A DNA stretch of 57,336 nucleotides, taken from the IMG/VR virus record IMGVR_UViG_3300028790_000006, positions 1-57,336 of that record; one strand, 5' to 3'. Source of the stretch: a virus (lineage: Duplodnaviria > Caudoviricetes). The translations under genes and the position numbers were made by a program. This document shows, piece after piece, positions 28,410 through 38,077 of the stretch. The notes under the pieces are model-generated. The model saw only the letters and a list, made by a program, of their open reading frames with translations, was not told the origin of the DNA and did not search any database. Positions within the stretch are counted from its first letter, which is position 1. Each line of letters opens with the position of its first letter.

Positions 28410-29240
28410 ATGACGAGCCCCACCCCGACCCGCGGGCCCTGCCTGGCGTGGGACCCGATCTGGTGCTGCGACCTGACCAGCGACGGCGCGGCCGCGCTGA
28501 CCGGGACGGCCGTCATGGCCGCGACGGAGATCCTGTACAACCGCAGCGCCCAGCAGTTCGGGCTCTGCGAGTTCACCGTGCGCCCATGTCGGGCCAACTG
28601 CAACGACTTCGCGGGCTGGGCCGGCGGCTGGGGCCTGGGCGGCGGCGGATTCTGGTCGGGAGGGTTCTCGTCCTGGCCGCAGCCCGCCCTGATCGGCGGC
28701 AACTGGTACAACCTGACCTGCGGCTCGTGCTCGGGCACCTGCTCGTGCACGCCCATCTCCGAGGCCTACCTGCCATCCCCGGTCGCCTCAATCACGCAGG
28801 TCAAGCTCAACGGCGAGGTGCTGGCCGCGTCCGGCTACCGCGTCGACGACTACCGCAAGCTGGTGCGGCTGGGCGGCTTCACCTGGCCCGAGTGCCAGGA
28901 TCTGACGCTGGCCGACACCGAGGACAACACGTGGTCCGTCACGCTGCAGGTCGGCCAGGAAGTGCCCACGATCGGACGAATGGCCGTCGGCGAGCTCGCC
29001 TGCATGATCATGTCTTCGTGCCTCGGTGAGGCCTGCGCCATCCCGTTCAACGCCACAAGCGTCACCCGCCAGGGTCTCACCATCGACTTCCCCACGATCT
29101 ATGACCTGCTCGACCGCAAGCTGCTCGGTCTGTGGGCCTGCGACCTCTTCGTCTCGACGTACAACCCGCGCGGCCTGACCACCCGGCCGCAGGTCTACGA
29201 CGTCGACGGCGAGATCAACCGCCGGACGACCTGGCCATGA
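28410..29240 (+). CDS. Head-to-tail adaptor
   Basis: Cys-rich; ATEILY, TVRPC, AVGELA, SVTRQGLT. Confidence 0.75.
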   Translation: MTSPTPTRGPCLAWDPIWCCDLTSDGAAALTGTAVMAATEILYNRSAQQFGLCEFTVRPCRANCNDFAGWAGGWGLGGGGFWSGGFSSWPQPALIGGNWYNLTCGSCSGTCSCTPISEAYLPSPVASITQVKLNGEVLAASGYRVDDYRKLVRLGGFTWPECQDLTLADTEDNTWSVTLQVGQEVPTIGRMAVGELACMIMSSCLGEACAIPFNATSVTRQGLTIDFPTIYDLLDRKLLGLWACDLFVSTYNPRGLTTRPQVYDVDGEINRRTTWP

Positions 29241-30301
29241 GCACGATCTTCGCCGGCGCCATCCCGCCCAACGAAGGCAACTTCGGCGGCGTGACCGGCC
29301 TGGACTTCACGGTCAACCACACCGGCGACGTCGACGGCATCTGGTGGTACCAGCCCACCGGCTCGGCCGCCGCCGTCACGCCCGGGCTCTACGACACGCA
29401 GACCCAGGCCCTGCTCGCCACCGCGCCCGCCGCGGTCGGCCTGGCCGCCGGCGCCTGGTCGCTGATCCCGCTGACCACGCCGGTGGCGCTGACGCCGGGC
29501 ACCGTCTACACCGCAGCCTGCTACCAGAACAATCGCATCGCCTGGTACCCGAGCGCGGTCGACGACCTCTACATCTTCAACTCCCCATTCACCGTCATGA
29601 ACCAGGGCGGCCGGGTCCAGGCCGGCGGGGCGCTGGCCTTCCCCGGCAATTTCTTCCGGGACGCGTACGCGGTGGACGTCAATTTCACCGCCACCGAGCC
29701 CTGCGAGCCGTGCCCGCCCTGCCCGCCGACCAACGGGTTCTTCATCAACCTGACCGCGCCGGGCTTCATCAACGTGGTGACCGGGGTGGGCGCCTGCGTC
29801 ATCGAGGCCTTGGGCCAGACACCCGCTGGTGCCCCATGCCGCCAGTGCCTGCTGCTGCCCACCCAGACGATCCCGTGGGACAACTGCGGCCCGTGCGACA
29901 ACGCCAGCTGTAACGGGCAGATCGCGCTGGCCATCCGCGAGGTCTACGGCAGCGGCCAGTTCCCGCAGCCACTCAACGGGGCGTCGTGGCGCAAGTGCCA
30001 GCACCGCTACGAGATCGTCCGGGCAACGGTGTCAGTGACGCGCTGCGTGCCGACCATGGACAGCAAGGGCAGGCCACCGACCTGCGCCGCCGAGCTGGCC
30101 GCCGCGGTCACCCTCGAGAATGACCGTACCGCGGTCCGCCAGGCCATCGCCTGCTGCCTGAGCGCGGCCAACCTGGCCACCCCGTACTGGGTCTCCGAGT
30201 GGATGCTGGGCGGCAGCGTCACGGTGGGCGAGCTCGGCGGGTGCTCGGGCGTCGAAACAGAGTTCTTCGTCGGCGTGCAGTCCTGCCTCTGCCCGAACTG
30301 A
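29237..30301 (+). CDS. DUF4082-like domain fused to a tail terminator-like domain
   Basis: GLDFTV..G.V.GIWWY..W...PL.TPVALTPGTVY..YAVDV, then a Cys-rich VSVTRC domain. Confidence 0.65.
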   Translation: MSTIFAGAIPPNEGNFGGVTGLDFTVNHTGDVDGIWWYQPTGSAAAVTPGLYDTQTQALLATAPAAVGLAAGAWSLIPLTTPVALTPGTVYTAACYQNNRIAWYPSAVDDLYIFNSPFTVMNQGGRVQAGGALAFPGNFFRDAYAVDVNFTATEPCEPCPPCPPTNGFFINLTAPGFINVVTGVGACVIEALGQTPAGAPCRQCLLLPTQTIPWDNCGPCDNASCNGQIALAIREVYGSGQFPQPLNGASWRKCQHRYEIVRATVSVTRCVPTMDSKGRPPTCAAELAAAVTLENDRTAVRQAIACCLSAANLATPYWVSEWMLGGSVTVGELGGCSGVETEFFVGVQSCLCPN

Positions 30302-30308
30302 GGCCGTT

Positions 30309-30743
30309 GTGGCCCAGGTCAACATCACGCACCGACTGAACATGACGGCCGTTCACGCCCTGCTGACCGGCCCGCGCGGCGGGGTGGCCCAGGACATGCT
30401 GCGCCGCGGTCTGCTGGTCGAGACGCAGGCCAAGCGCAACCTGGGCGGCATCGGCGGGCCCAAGCGCGTCGACACCGGGCGGCTGCGCGCATCGGTGAAT
30501 ACGCAGCTGGTGACGCGTGACGGCAAGCCGGTGGCCGTGGTCGGAACCAACGTCTACTACGCCCGGTGGGTGCACGACGGTACCGGCCTGTACGGGCCGG
30601 CCCACCGAGTGATCAAGCCCAAACGCGGCAAGTACCTGCGGTTCCGCCCGGGCGGCCGGGGGCGCTACGTCTACGCCAGGTCGGTCAAGGGCATGGTGGC
30701 CAACCCGTTTCTGCGCAACGCGCTCCCAGCCGCCCGCGGCTGA
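30309..30743 (+). CDS. HK97 gp10-like tail completion protein
   Basis: VDTGRLRAS, VGTNVYYARWVHDGTG, NPFLRNAL. Confidence 0.85.
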   Translation: MAQVNITHRLNMTAVHALLTGPRGGVAQDMLRRGLLVETQAKRNLGGIGGPKRVDTGRLRASVNTQLVTRDGKPVAVVGTNVYYARWVHDGTGLYGPAHRVIKPKRGKYLRFRPGGRGRYVYARSVKGMVANPFLRNALPAARG

Positions 30744-30748
30744 CCTAC

Positions 30749-30880
30749 TTACTCCCCGTCCCCCTTGTTGCGCTCGGCTTCCTGGCGCGCGGCCTCTTCG
30801 CGCTGGATCCGCTCACGGGCCTCGGTCTGCTCTCTGAGTCGCTTCAACATCTCTTCGGAACTCTCGTCAGCCATGGTCAT
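30749..30880 (-). CDS. Charged microprotein C (43 aa)
   Basis: MTMADESSEEMLKRLREQTEARERIQREEAARQEAERNKGDGE; GAAAGGA RBS; ATGA overlap. Confidence 0.7.
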   Translation of the reverse strand: MTMADESSEEMLKRLREQTEARERIQREEAARQEAERNKGDGE

Positions 30881-31014
30881 TTTCCTTTCTTCGTGTTGTT
30901 GTCTGCGGCGTCCTCGGCCGCCCGGCGTGCATCGCGTTCGCTCTGGCGCTGGGCCAGCGCGTCGCGCTCCCGCTGCAGTTCTGCGCGGCGGGCCTCTTCG
31001 TCGGCGCGGCTCAT
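30877..31014 (-). CDS. Charged microprotein B (45 aa)
   Basis: MSRADEEARRAELQRERDALAQRQSERDARRAAEDAADNNTKKGK; ATGA overlaps at both ends. Confidence 0.7.
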   Translation of the reverse strand: MSRADEEARRAELQRERDALAQRQSERDARRAAEDAADNNTKKGK

Positions 31015-31148
31015 CGGCCGTTGTTGCGCCGGTCGAAGTCTTCCTGTCGCGCCCTCTCGGCGGCGCGCTGTTCGGCCACACGGTCGGCGGCGCGCTGCAC
31101 CTCGGGGTCGGGCTGCGGCCTGGGCTTGTCTGCCACGTCGATTCCCAT
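31011..31148 (-). CDS. Charged microprotein A (45 aa)
   Basis: MGIDVADKPRPQPDPEVQRAADRVAEQRAAERARQEDFDRRNNGR. Confidence 0.65.
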   Translation of the reverse strand: MGIDVADKPRPQPDPEVQRAADRVAEQRAAERARQEDFDRRNNGR

Positions 31149-31213
31149 CTGAGCGTCGGTCTCGGTCGGGTGACCGAAAAGGTTTGTTTATAGCATGAAC
31201 GGTCGTTTAGGTG

Positions 31214-31435
31214 CTATGACGCCACGAGTCGCAGCGCCGGCCGCGTGGTCGGTGGGATGAGTGGCCACGTCGGCAGGGTCACCGGTCTGAACGTGTCGGT
31301 CTCGGGGTCGCCGGTCCAGGACGCCATGCAGCCCGGCACGCCGCACGCGTGGACCTGGAACGGTAGGTGCCCGCCCGGCAGGCCGCAGTGACAGTCGTAG
31401 GCGCGTGCGGCGCACTGGGCCACTTCGGCGGTCAT
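31214..31435 (-). CDS. Cys/His-rich small protein
   Basis: C..CHC....H....HAC...C; ATGA overlap. Confidence 0.6.
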   Translation of the reverse strand: MTAEVAQCAARAYDCHCGLPGGHLPFQVHACGVPGCMASWTGDPETDTFRPVTLPTWPLIPPTTRPALRLVAS

Positions 31436-31611
31436 CTGCCCCGGCCGCCCACGCTGTAGCCGTCGGTGTCCGGGTCGTCGTTGCTGCGCGACGTCTTGTC
31501 GTTGCCGGGGCTCTGTGCCGCGCCTTTGCTCGGTCGGCCGCTGATGCCGCGGCCCCGCTTGTTGTCGTCGGTGTTGCCAGCGGGGCCGCTCGTCGGCTTG
31601 TCTTTCGCCAT
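31432..31611 (-). CDS. Disordered hydrophilic microprotein (59 aa)
   Basis: MAKDKPTSGPAGNTDDNKRGRG...YSVGGRGR; AGGAAG RBS. Confidence 0.65.
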   Translation of the reverse strand: MAKDKPTSGPAGNTDDNKRGRGISGRPSKGAAQSPGNDKTSRSNDDPDTDGYSVGGRGR

Positions 31612-31628
31612 GTCTTCCTGCTCTCCGG

Positions 31629-31751
31629 TCAGCGGGGCTTGGTCGGTACGGGCCCCGGCACCTTGCCGGGGTTCGGTCCGGGCCAGGGGCGAGAACCAGG
31701 CTTCGGGTTGGGCTTCGGGTTCGGGGGCGGTGGCGGTCTGTCTTTCGGCAT
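31629..31751 (-). CDS. 40-aa proline-rich cationic peptide 2
   Basis: MPKDRPPPPPNPKPNPKPGSRPWPGPNPGKVPGPVPTKPR; ATG 7 nt after a TACCAT -10 box. Confidence 0.7.
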   Translation of the reverse strand: MPKDRPPPPPNPKPNPKPGSRPWPGPNPGKVPGPVPTKPR

Positions 31752-31771
31752 GTGGCCCATGGTAGCGGCGA

Positions 31772-31791
31772 GACCTAGTGACGTGTCAAGT
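31772..31791 (-). promoter_or_regulatory. Operator/promoter motif copy 6
   Basis: Minus strand ACTTGACACGTCACTAGGTC; TTGACA-19-TACCAT-7-ATG(31751); divergent TATCGT-6-ATG(31809). Confidence 0.85.
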
Positions 31792-31808
31792 GGTGTTATC
31801 GTGTGGGC

Positions 31809-31988
31809 ATGGGACAAGCCGTCAATGCCTTCACGCGTGAATACGCCTTCGCGTACCGCTGGCTGATCCAGCACTGCCCGCCCTGGGGCTGGCTGGCTGG
31901 CGCTCTCCTGCTGCCCGGCACGCCTGCACGCGCCGCCGTCATGGCCCTGCCCACGGCGGCGCTATCTGTCGAGGTCACAACGATCTAG
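31809..31988 (+). CDS. Small hydrophobic protein
   Basis: MGQAVNAFTREYAFAYRWL...; leaderless. Confidence 0.45.
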   Translation: MGQAVNAFTREYAFAYRWLIQHCPPWGWLAGALLLPGTPARAAVMALPTAALSVEVTTI

Positions 31989-31997
31989 ACTCACCGC

Positions 31998-32477
31998 ATG
32001 ACCCAACCCGATGCAGCGGTGCCCGACTTCACTATCCCCAGGCCGCCCCACCAGTTCACCATCGACAGCGACCTGTTTCTGGCGCCGGGCTTCCTGGCCC
32101 CGTTCACGCTCAAGAAGTTGGCCAGAGAGGTCGGCCTGCTCGGTGACCTCAACAACCTGAGCGGCGATGTCGAGGCCGTCGTCAAGGCCATCGACGCGGC
32201 CGGCGCGGTCATGGCCACCCTGATGCCCGGCCCGTCCGGCCAGCTTTTCCGCGCACGACTGTTCAGCGAGGGCGGGCCCGACGACCCGCTGCCGATCGAC
32301 CTCATGAAACAGGCCATCCCGGCGCTCTACTACCTGCTGGAGTGCTACGGCCTGCGCCCTACGGTGCCGTCCTCGCCCTCTTCGGATGGGTCGACGGACG
32401 GGCAGACGAGCACCCCGAGCGAGGCCACCTCTTCAACGGCTGGTGTATCGCCAGTGGCATTGACCAGCGAGGGTTAG
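31998..32477 (+). CDS. Tail assembly chaperone
   Basis: Upstream of the tape measure gene; Ser/Thr-rich tail after GLRPT, overlapping a -1 frame ORF. Confidence 0.8.
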   Translation: MTQPDAAVPDFTIPRPPHQFTIDSDLFLAPGFLAPFTLKKLAREVGLLGDLNNLSGDVEAVVKAIDAAGAVMATLMPGPSGQLFRARLFSEGGPDDPLPIDLMKQAIPALYYLLECYGLRPTVPSSPSSDGSTDGQTSTPSEATSSTAGVSPVALTSEG

Positions 32478-32722
32478 CCTTCGCCGACTGGCTCGACCTG
32501 ATCCACCACTACCTGCTAATGCACGCCGAGACGGAGAAACATGTCGCGATCACCAGGCTCCTGACCGGAGAGCTCGGCACCTGGCGCCAACTCATGCCAG
32601 CGGCCGTACCGCTCAAACCGTCCCCACTGCCCCGTCCGCCGCCCTGGTCGCGGCTGCGGCGGTCCGACATCGAACGCATGGAGCGCGCCCGCGCCGCGAG
32701 TGCCGCAGCAGCACCACAGTAG
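32355..32722 (+). CDS. Tail assembly chaperone -1 frameshift extension
   Basis: -1 frame ORF (PYGAVLALFGWV...) open from CGCCCTAC at 32355, with no obvious start or RBS of its own. Confidence 0.65.
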
Positions 32723-32740
32723 TCAGCCACGGGGGTGGCC

Positions 32741-34789
32741 ATGGGTCAGCCGATCGATACCGCCGAAGTCGAGATCGTCCCCGACTTCGGCGACTTCGCG
32801 CGCCAACTCAAGGCCGGTATCGACCAGGCGCTGCGGGGCGTACAGACCGCGGTCACCCAGGCCTTCGCCCGGGTCGAGGACGCCGCGGGCCGAGCCGGTA
32901 CCGACGTCGGACAGGAATTCCAGCGCGGCGGGGAGCGGGCTGAGGCCGCGTTCGGCGAGGTGTCGCGGACCGCCCGCAAGGAGTTCGCCGAGGTCGAGGC
33001 CGCCGCCGCGGCCACCAGCTCGGGCATGTCCGGCAAGTTCGGCGGCGCGCTGGGCATCATTAAGACCGGCCTGCTCGGCATCGGCATCGCGGCCGGCGCG
33101 GGGCTGGCCGCCGTTACCGCTTTCGGGCTCAAGTCCGCGGCCGACCTAGAGCAGACCACGGTCGGCATGACCGCGCTGACCGGCTCGACCGAGACCGCGC
33201 TGGCGTTCCTGGGCGAGCTGCAGACCTTCGCGGCGTCCACGCCGTTCGAGTTCGCTGGCGTGGCCGACGCGTCGCGGCGCATCCTGGCCTTTGGGCAGAG
33301 CGTCGGCATCGCGCGCAACGAGGTCATCCCGACGCTGACCACTATCGGCGACCTGGTCAGCGTGCTCGGTGGCACGCAGGAGTCCGTCGACTCGGTGGTC
33401 CGGGCGCTGTCTCAGATGGCCAGCAAGGGAAAGCTCTCCCAAGAGGAGATCATGCAGCTGGCCGAAGCCCTGCCGGGCTTCAACGCCAATGCTGCGATTG
33501 CGGCCCAACTCGGCCTGTCCGTCGGCGACACCCTGGAACTGATCAGCGCCGGCGGGGTCGACGCGACCACCGGCATCAACGCCCTGCTGTCCGGGATGGC
33601 GCAGTTCCCCGGCGCGGCCGGGGCCATGGCCGCCCAGGCACAGACCCTGTCCGGTGTGTTCTCGACCTTCAAAGACACGGCCTCGATCGCGCTGACCAAC
33701 GCTTTCCAGCCGGTCATCCCCGAGATCAAGAGCGCTCTGGCCGACCTCACCCCCATCCTGGGGTCGGCCATCGGCCAGCTGGCGCCGAGCCTCGGCGGCG
33801 CGCTGTCGGCGATTCTGCCCATCGTCGGCAAGCTCATCACGGCCATAGTCCCGATCTTGACGCCGCTACTCGACGCCCTGGGCCCGGTGCTCGACGCCAT
33901 CGGCCCGGCCCTGATCCCGCTGGGCGAGGCCCTGGGCCAGCTCATCGTGGCGCTGGCCCCGGTCCTGCCGGTCCTGGCCCAATTCATCGCCGTCTTGGCG
34001 CTGCTGGCCATCCCGATTATCAAGCTGCTCGCCGCGGTGCTCATCCCGCTGACGCCGGTCCTGAATTACATGGCCCTTGCCATCGGCGAGGTGGCAAGGG
34101 CCCTCGGCATGATCAACTGGACCGAGGTCGGCGAGGCCATCTCCGGCGCGTTCGCGAAGGCCTGGCACGCGGTCTCGGACTTCGTCGTTGGGGTGGCCAA
34201 AGCGATCTTCGGGTTCGGCGAGATGCTCGGCACGAAGCTGCGCGAGTTCATCGCCAACATCGCCCTCTTCGTGGCCAACCTGGTGCTATGGGTCCAGTCC
34301 ATCCCCGATCGCATCCTTGAGGCTCTGGGCAACTTCGGTAACCTGCTGTACTCCAAAGGCCGTGACCTGATCGTCGGTCTATGGAACGGCATCAAAGACA
34401 TGGGCTCATGGCTCTGGGGCAAGATCACCGGCTTTGTCGGGTCGTACGTCACCGGCCCCATCAAGGCCGCCCTGGGCATCGCGTCGCCGTCCACGGTCAT
34501 GCGGGACGAGGTCGGCAAGATGCTGCCCGCTGGCATCGAAGAGGGCGTCCGAGCCGGCATCCCGTCGCTGGCCGGCCTCATTGGCGGCATCGTGCCCAGC
34601 GGGGCCGGCGGGGCGGGTGGCGGTGGAGCGGGCGCCATGGCGTTCGGGGGCATTACGATCAACCTAGTCTTCAACGGCGGCGTGCCATCCGAGGGCGAGG
34701 CCCGCTCGCTGGGGTCGGCCGCGGGGGACGCACTCATGGCCCGGATCACCGCTCAGCGCAACATCATGCTCGCCGGGCGCACCGCGTGA
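32741..34789 (+). CDS. Tape measure protein
   Basis: FAASTPFEF, ALSQMASKGKLSQEEIMQLAE, amphipathic repeats, LGIASPS. Confidence 0.93.
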   Translation: MGQPIDTAEVEIVPDFGDFARQLKAGIDQALRGVQTAVTQAFARVEDAAGRAGTDVGQEFQRGGERAEAAFGEVSRTARKEFAEVEAAAAATSSGMSGKFGGALGIIKTGLLGIGIAAGAGLAAVTAFGLKSAADLEQTTVGMTALTGSTETALAFLGELQTFAASTPFEFAGVADASRRILAFGQSVGIARNEVIPTLTTIGDLVSVLGGTQESVDSVVRALSQMASKGKLSQEEIMQLAEALPGFNANAAIAAQLGLSVGDTLELISAGGVDATTGINALLSGMAQFPGAAGAMAAQAQTLSGVFSTFKDTASIALTNAFQPVIPEIKSALADLTPILGSAIGQLAPSLGGALSAILPIVGKLITAIVPILTPLLDALGPVLDAIGPALIPLGEALGQLIVALAPVLPVLAQFIAVLALLAIPIIKLLAAVLIPLTPVLNYMALAIGEVARALGMINWTEVGEAISGAFAKAWHAVSDFVVGVAKAIFGFGEMLGTKLREFIANIALFVANLVLWVQSIPDRILEALGNFGNLLYSKGRDLIVGLWNGIKDMGSWLWGKITGFVGSYVTGPIKAALGIASPSTVMRDEVGKMLPAGIEEGVRAGIPSLAGLIGGIVPSGAGGAGGGGAGAMAFGGITINLVFNGGVPSEGEARSLGSAAGDALMARITAQRNIMLAGRTA

Positions 34790-34822
34790 GCGCCGACCGG
34801 ACGATGACGGAAGGAGTTACTC

Positions 34823-37800
34823 ATGGGTAACTACAACCCGCACTCCCCGGTCATCCTGGGCGAGCAGTGGGTGCCGATCCGCGACGAGTCGCTGGTTTTC
34901 TCGCCGGTCGTAAACTCGGTCGAACGCGGGACGGCCTATCTGCAGACGGCCACCCGCCAGATCCGCGACGCACGGTTCTACGTCCACCAGGGCCCCAGCG
35001 ACTTCGTGTCCTTCCAGGTCGCTCAGGTCAACCTGTATCCGTTCGGCGCCGAGGCCGACACCGGCCCCATTCAGCGGGTGCTCATCCCCTGCAAATCGGT
35101 CACGGTGACCGGCAACAACATCTCACTGCAGAACTCGTCCAGCTACGCCGACGCGCTCTACCAGCCAGGTGACGACAAGTACGCCACCTTCAACTACAAC
35201 AGCGGCTCATCGCAGCTCATGAGTCTGTTCTTCGACGTGAGCGCATTCCCCGTGCTGGCCAACAAGCGCATTCTGAACGTGTCCCTGGCCTACGCGGGCA
35301 GCGTCCAGGACACCGGATCTGACGCCCTGGCCATCGACTACATCAACCCACCGGGCACGAGCCTCACGGTGCTGTCCCAGCTCAACGACTTGGGCTCCGG
35401 CCAGCAGTTCACCGCCCTGTCCATCACCAGCAACACCGGCACTCTGGGCGATCTGTCTACCGTGGTCGGCCGCACCGGATCGTCCAGGGCGGACATGGAG
35501 GTCGCCTACGTCGACCTGGGCGACATCAACAACTGCTGGAACACGGCCAGCCTGGGCGGCACCGAGAAACTGCCCTGGCGCTACGCCGACCTGCTGCGCT
35601 TCGAACCCGGTTTCGGCGCCGGCCGCCAGCAGTTGCAGCTCTCGGTGGCCATCCCGCTCACCACCAACGGCTTCCCCGCGGGCACGGGCAATGACGTGCG
35701 GCTGACGCTGGAGTATGCGGCGCTGCGGGTCCTGTACTGCGAAGAGCGCCGGGTCGCCTACGGCGGCCAGCAGTTCGGCTACTCCTACGGCATGAACCGC
35801 GTGGTCATGCGCGACCTGAACCAGGCCGCCGACCCGATCATCGCCGCCGGCGCCTATACCCCGACCCTGTCGTTCGTCTCCATCGGTCAGGTCGGCTTCG
35901 GCGGCAACCTCACCTCGGACTTCCCGGACCTGCACGCGACGCGCCAGCTCTACGAGATCCCGCCGCACCCCGGCGTCGAGGTCGACATTCCGTTCCCACC
36001 GGCCGAGCGCCTGGGTGAGACCTTCGGCCGCGTCGCGTCGGCCATCCTGCCCCAGCTCACCCTGCACGCGTCGGGCGGGCCGCTGACCGAGCCGCACGTC
36101 TACGGGCGCCAGGCCGCGGCCCAGGTCTGGGGGTCGATCACCGCCACCCAGGAGATCTACGACGACATCTCCGGTTCGGCCGCGTCATACCCCCAGGTGC
36201 GTTACTACGCGCGCCGCTTCGGCGATACCACCGTTCCGCTGACGCTGACCGGCACGGGCGTCTTCACCGGCTCGACCGCATCCATCTCGGTCTCGAGCTT
36301 CGACCAGCTGCCCGAGATCCTGGACGGCTGGCGCGAGGTCACACTTCGGTTCACCGTGGCGCCGAGCATGGGCGCCGCCACCGGCACGCCCGGCTGGACC
36401 TGGTCGGCCCTGGGCGAAAAGGCCGGCAACCGGTGGGAGGTGCTCGGGGCGTCCGCGCCGGCCATCTCCGGCGTCCCCGGGTCGTTCTTCACGCAGGTGC
36501 CATCCCCGAACCAGCTCGGTGTCAGCACGTACCAGCCGCCGGCCGGCTCGACGGTAGAGCTCACGTGGATGCCGCAGGGCGTGGCCTCGACCTGGGTTAC
36601 CGGTTCGACCATCGATGCCGCCACCGACGCCGCCCTGATGTTCAGCCAGGACCCGGCCACCGTGACCGGCGTGAGCCTGGCGCAGCTCACCCAGTCCGTG
36701 TCTGGCATCGGGGCGCTCTGCGGCGGCCTGCCCTGCTGCATCCCCAGCGGGATCGGCTACCACCAGGTCTCATGGGCGCTGCCCGTCAATACCATCAACC
36801 TGTCCGACGACTTCGCGCGGACCGTCGTGGCGGGGATGGGGTCGGCCACCGTCGGCGGCGCGTACGCCACGACCGGCGCCGCGTCGCAGTACGCGGTCAA
36901 CGGTGTCGAGGCCGTAATCACGCCCGGAGTCTCGAATACGGCGGCCACCGCGACCCTGGCCGGAGCCAGGAATTTCGAGGCCACCGCGGTGGTCGGCCTG
37001 TCCGGCGTTACGCCGACCACGTCCGGCCGTGCCGCGCTGATCGGGCGCTACGTCTCGGACTCCGACCACTTCCAGGTGCTAGTGCAGTCCGACTCCACGG
37101 GCGTGACCATCTTCCAGATTCTGAATGCCTCGGTCGGGTCGATGATCTCGGAGAACGTGACGCTGCCATTCACCATCGCGGGCGGCGCGCTGGTGAATCT
37201 CAAGATGCTGGTGGCCGACGTGCCCGGCGGGACGCAGGTCAAAGGCAAGGCATGGCCGCTCGGAGACGAAGAGCCAGCCATGTGGCTGGGGGAAGGCTTC
37301 ACCGCGACGCCGCCGGCCGGTACCGGCATCGGCATCCTGGCCCAGACCGTCCCCGCGGCCGGCACGACCGTGCGGTTCCAGAGCCTGAGCGTCGGCCCGC
37401 CCGCGTACTGGTTCGGCGCCTACGAGCTGCAGCGTTACGACAGCGTGGCCGCCGACTTCCAGACCATCATGCTGGCCACGAACCCCGGCCTGACCTCATA
37501 CAACGACTTTGAGGCCAGGGTGGGCACGACCGCGGTCTACCGGATCCGGGCGCTGAACGCCTACAACTTCGCCGGCGCCTGGTCCCTGTACGTGTCCGGC
37601 GCGCCGCCGGCCCCGGGCGTCACCGGCGGCTGCAACGGGGACACCTCCGGCGCGCTGATCTTCACCAGCAACGCGGACCAGACCGGCGCGCACAACGCGG
37701 CCTACGTCATGCAGTGGGACAACACGCCAAACGAGACGTTCGACCTGCCAGAGGGCGACATGGTCACCTTCCAGCCCATGTACGGGCGGGACGGTCGCGT

Positions 37801-38077
37801 GGCCTTCCACGGCACCGAACGTGGGCTGGAAGAGTTCAGTCGCAACGTCCTGCTGCAGGCCGGTGCCATCGCACTGCCCAGCCTGGCCGACGCCACCACC
37901 ATCCGGGACCTGGCCTGGGCCCAACTCCCCTACGTCTGCGTCCGGGACGGCCGAGGCAACCGCTGGTTCGCCAACGTGCGCGTTCCCACCACCAGCGCCC
38001 GCAACGACGCCCAGAACTACATGGCCCGCCTGGACATCACCGAGACCACCCGCACCCCGTATCCGGTCGACCCGTGA
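34823..38077 (+). CDS. Minor tail protein (large, beta-rich)
   Basis: 1084 aa after the tape measure gene; lectin-like and FN3-like segments; C-terminal VCVRDGRG. Confidence 0.75.
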   Translation: MGNYNPHSPVILGEQWVPIRDESLVFSPVVNSVERGTAYLQTATRQIRDARFYVHQGPSDFVSFQVAQVNLYPFGAEADTGPIQRVLIPCKSVTVTGNNISLQNSSSYADALYQPGDDKYATFNYNSGSSQLMSLFFDVSAFPVLANKRILNVSLAYAGSVQDTGSDALAIDYINPPGTSLTVLSQLNDLGSGQQFTALSITSNTGTLGDLSTVVGRTGSSRADMEVAYVDLGDINNCWNTASLGGTEKLPWRYADLLRFEPGFGAGRQQLQLSVAIPLTTNGFPAGTGNDVRLTLEYAALRVLYCEERRVAYGGQQFGYSYGMNRVVMRDLNQAADPIIAAGAYTPTLSFVSIGQVGFGGNLTSDFPDLHATRQLYEIPPHPGVEVDIPFPPAERLGETFGRVASAILPQLTLHASGGPLTEPHVYGRQAAAQVWGSITATQEIYDDISGSAASYPQVRYYARRFGDTTVPLTLTGTGVFTGSTASISVSSFDQLPEILDGWREVTLRFTVAPSMGAATGTPGWTWSALGEKAGNRWEVLGASAPAISGVPGSFFTQVPSPNQLGVSTYQPPAGSTVELTWMPQGVASTWVTGSTIDAATDAALMFSQDPATVTGVSLAQLTQSVSGIGALCGGLPCCIPSGIGYHQVSWALPVNTINLSDDFARTVVAGMGSATVGGAYATTGAASQYAVNGVEAVITPGVSNTAATATLAGARNFEATAVVGLSGVTPTTSGRAALIGRYVSDSDHFQVLVQSDSTGVTIFQILNASVGSMISENVTLPFTIAGGALVNLKMLVADVPGGTQVKGKAWPLGDEEPAMWLGEGFTATPPAGTGIGILAQTVPAAGTTVRFQSLSVGPPAYWFGAYELQRYDSVAADFQTIMLATNPGLTSYNDFEARVGTTAVYRIRALNAYNFAGAWSLYVSGAPPAPGVTGGCNGDTSGALIFTSNADQTGAHNAAYVMQWDNTPNETFDLPEGDMVTFQPMYGRDGRVAFHGTERGLEEFSRNVLLQAGAIALPSLADATTIRDLAWAQLPYVCVRDGRGNRWFANVRVPTTSARNDAQNYMARLDITETTRTPYPVDP

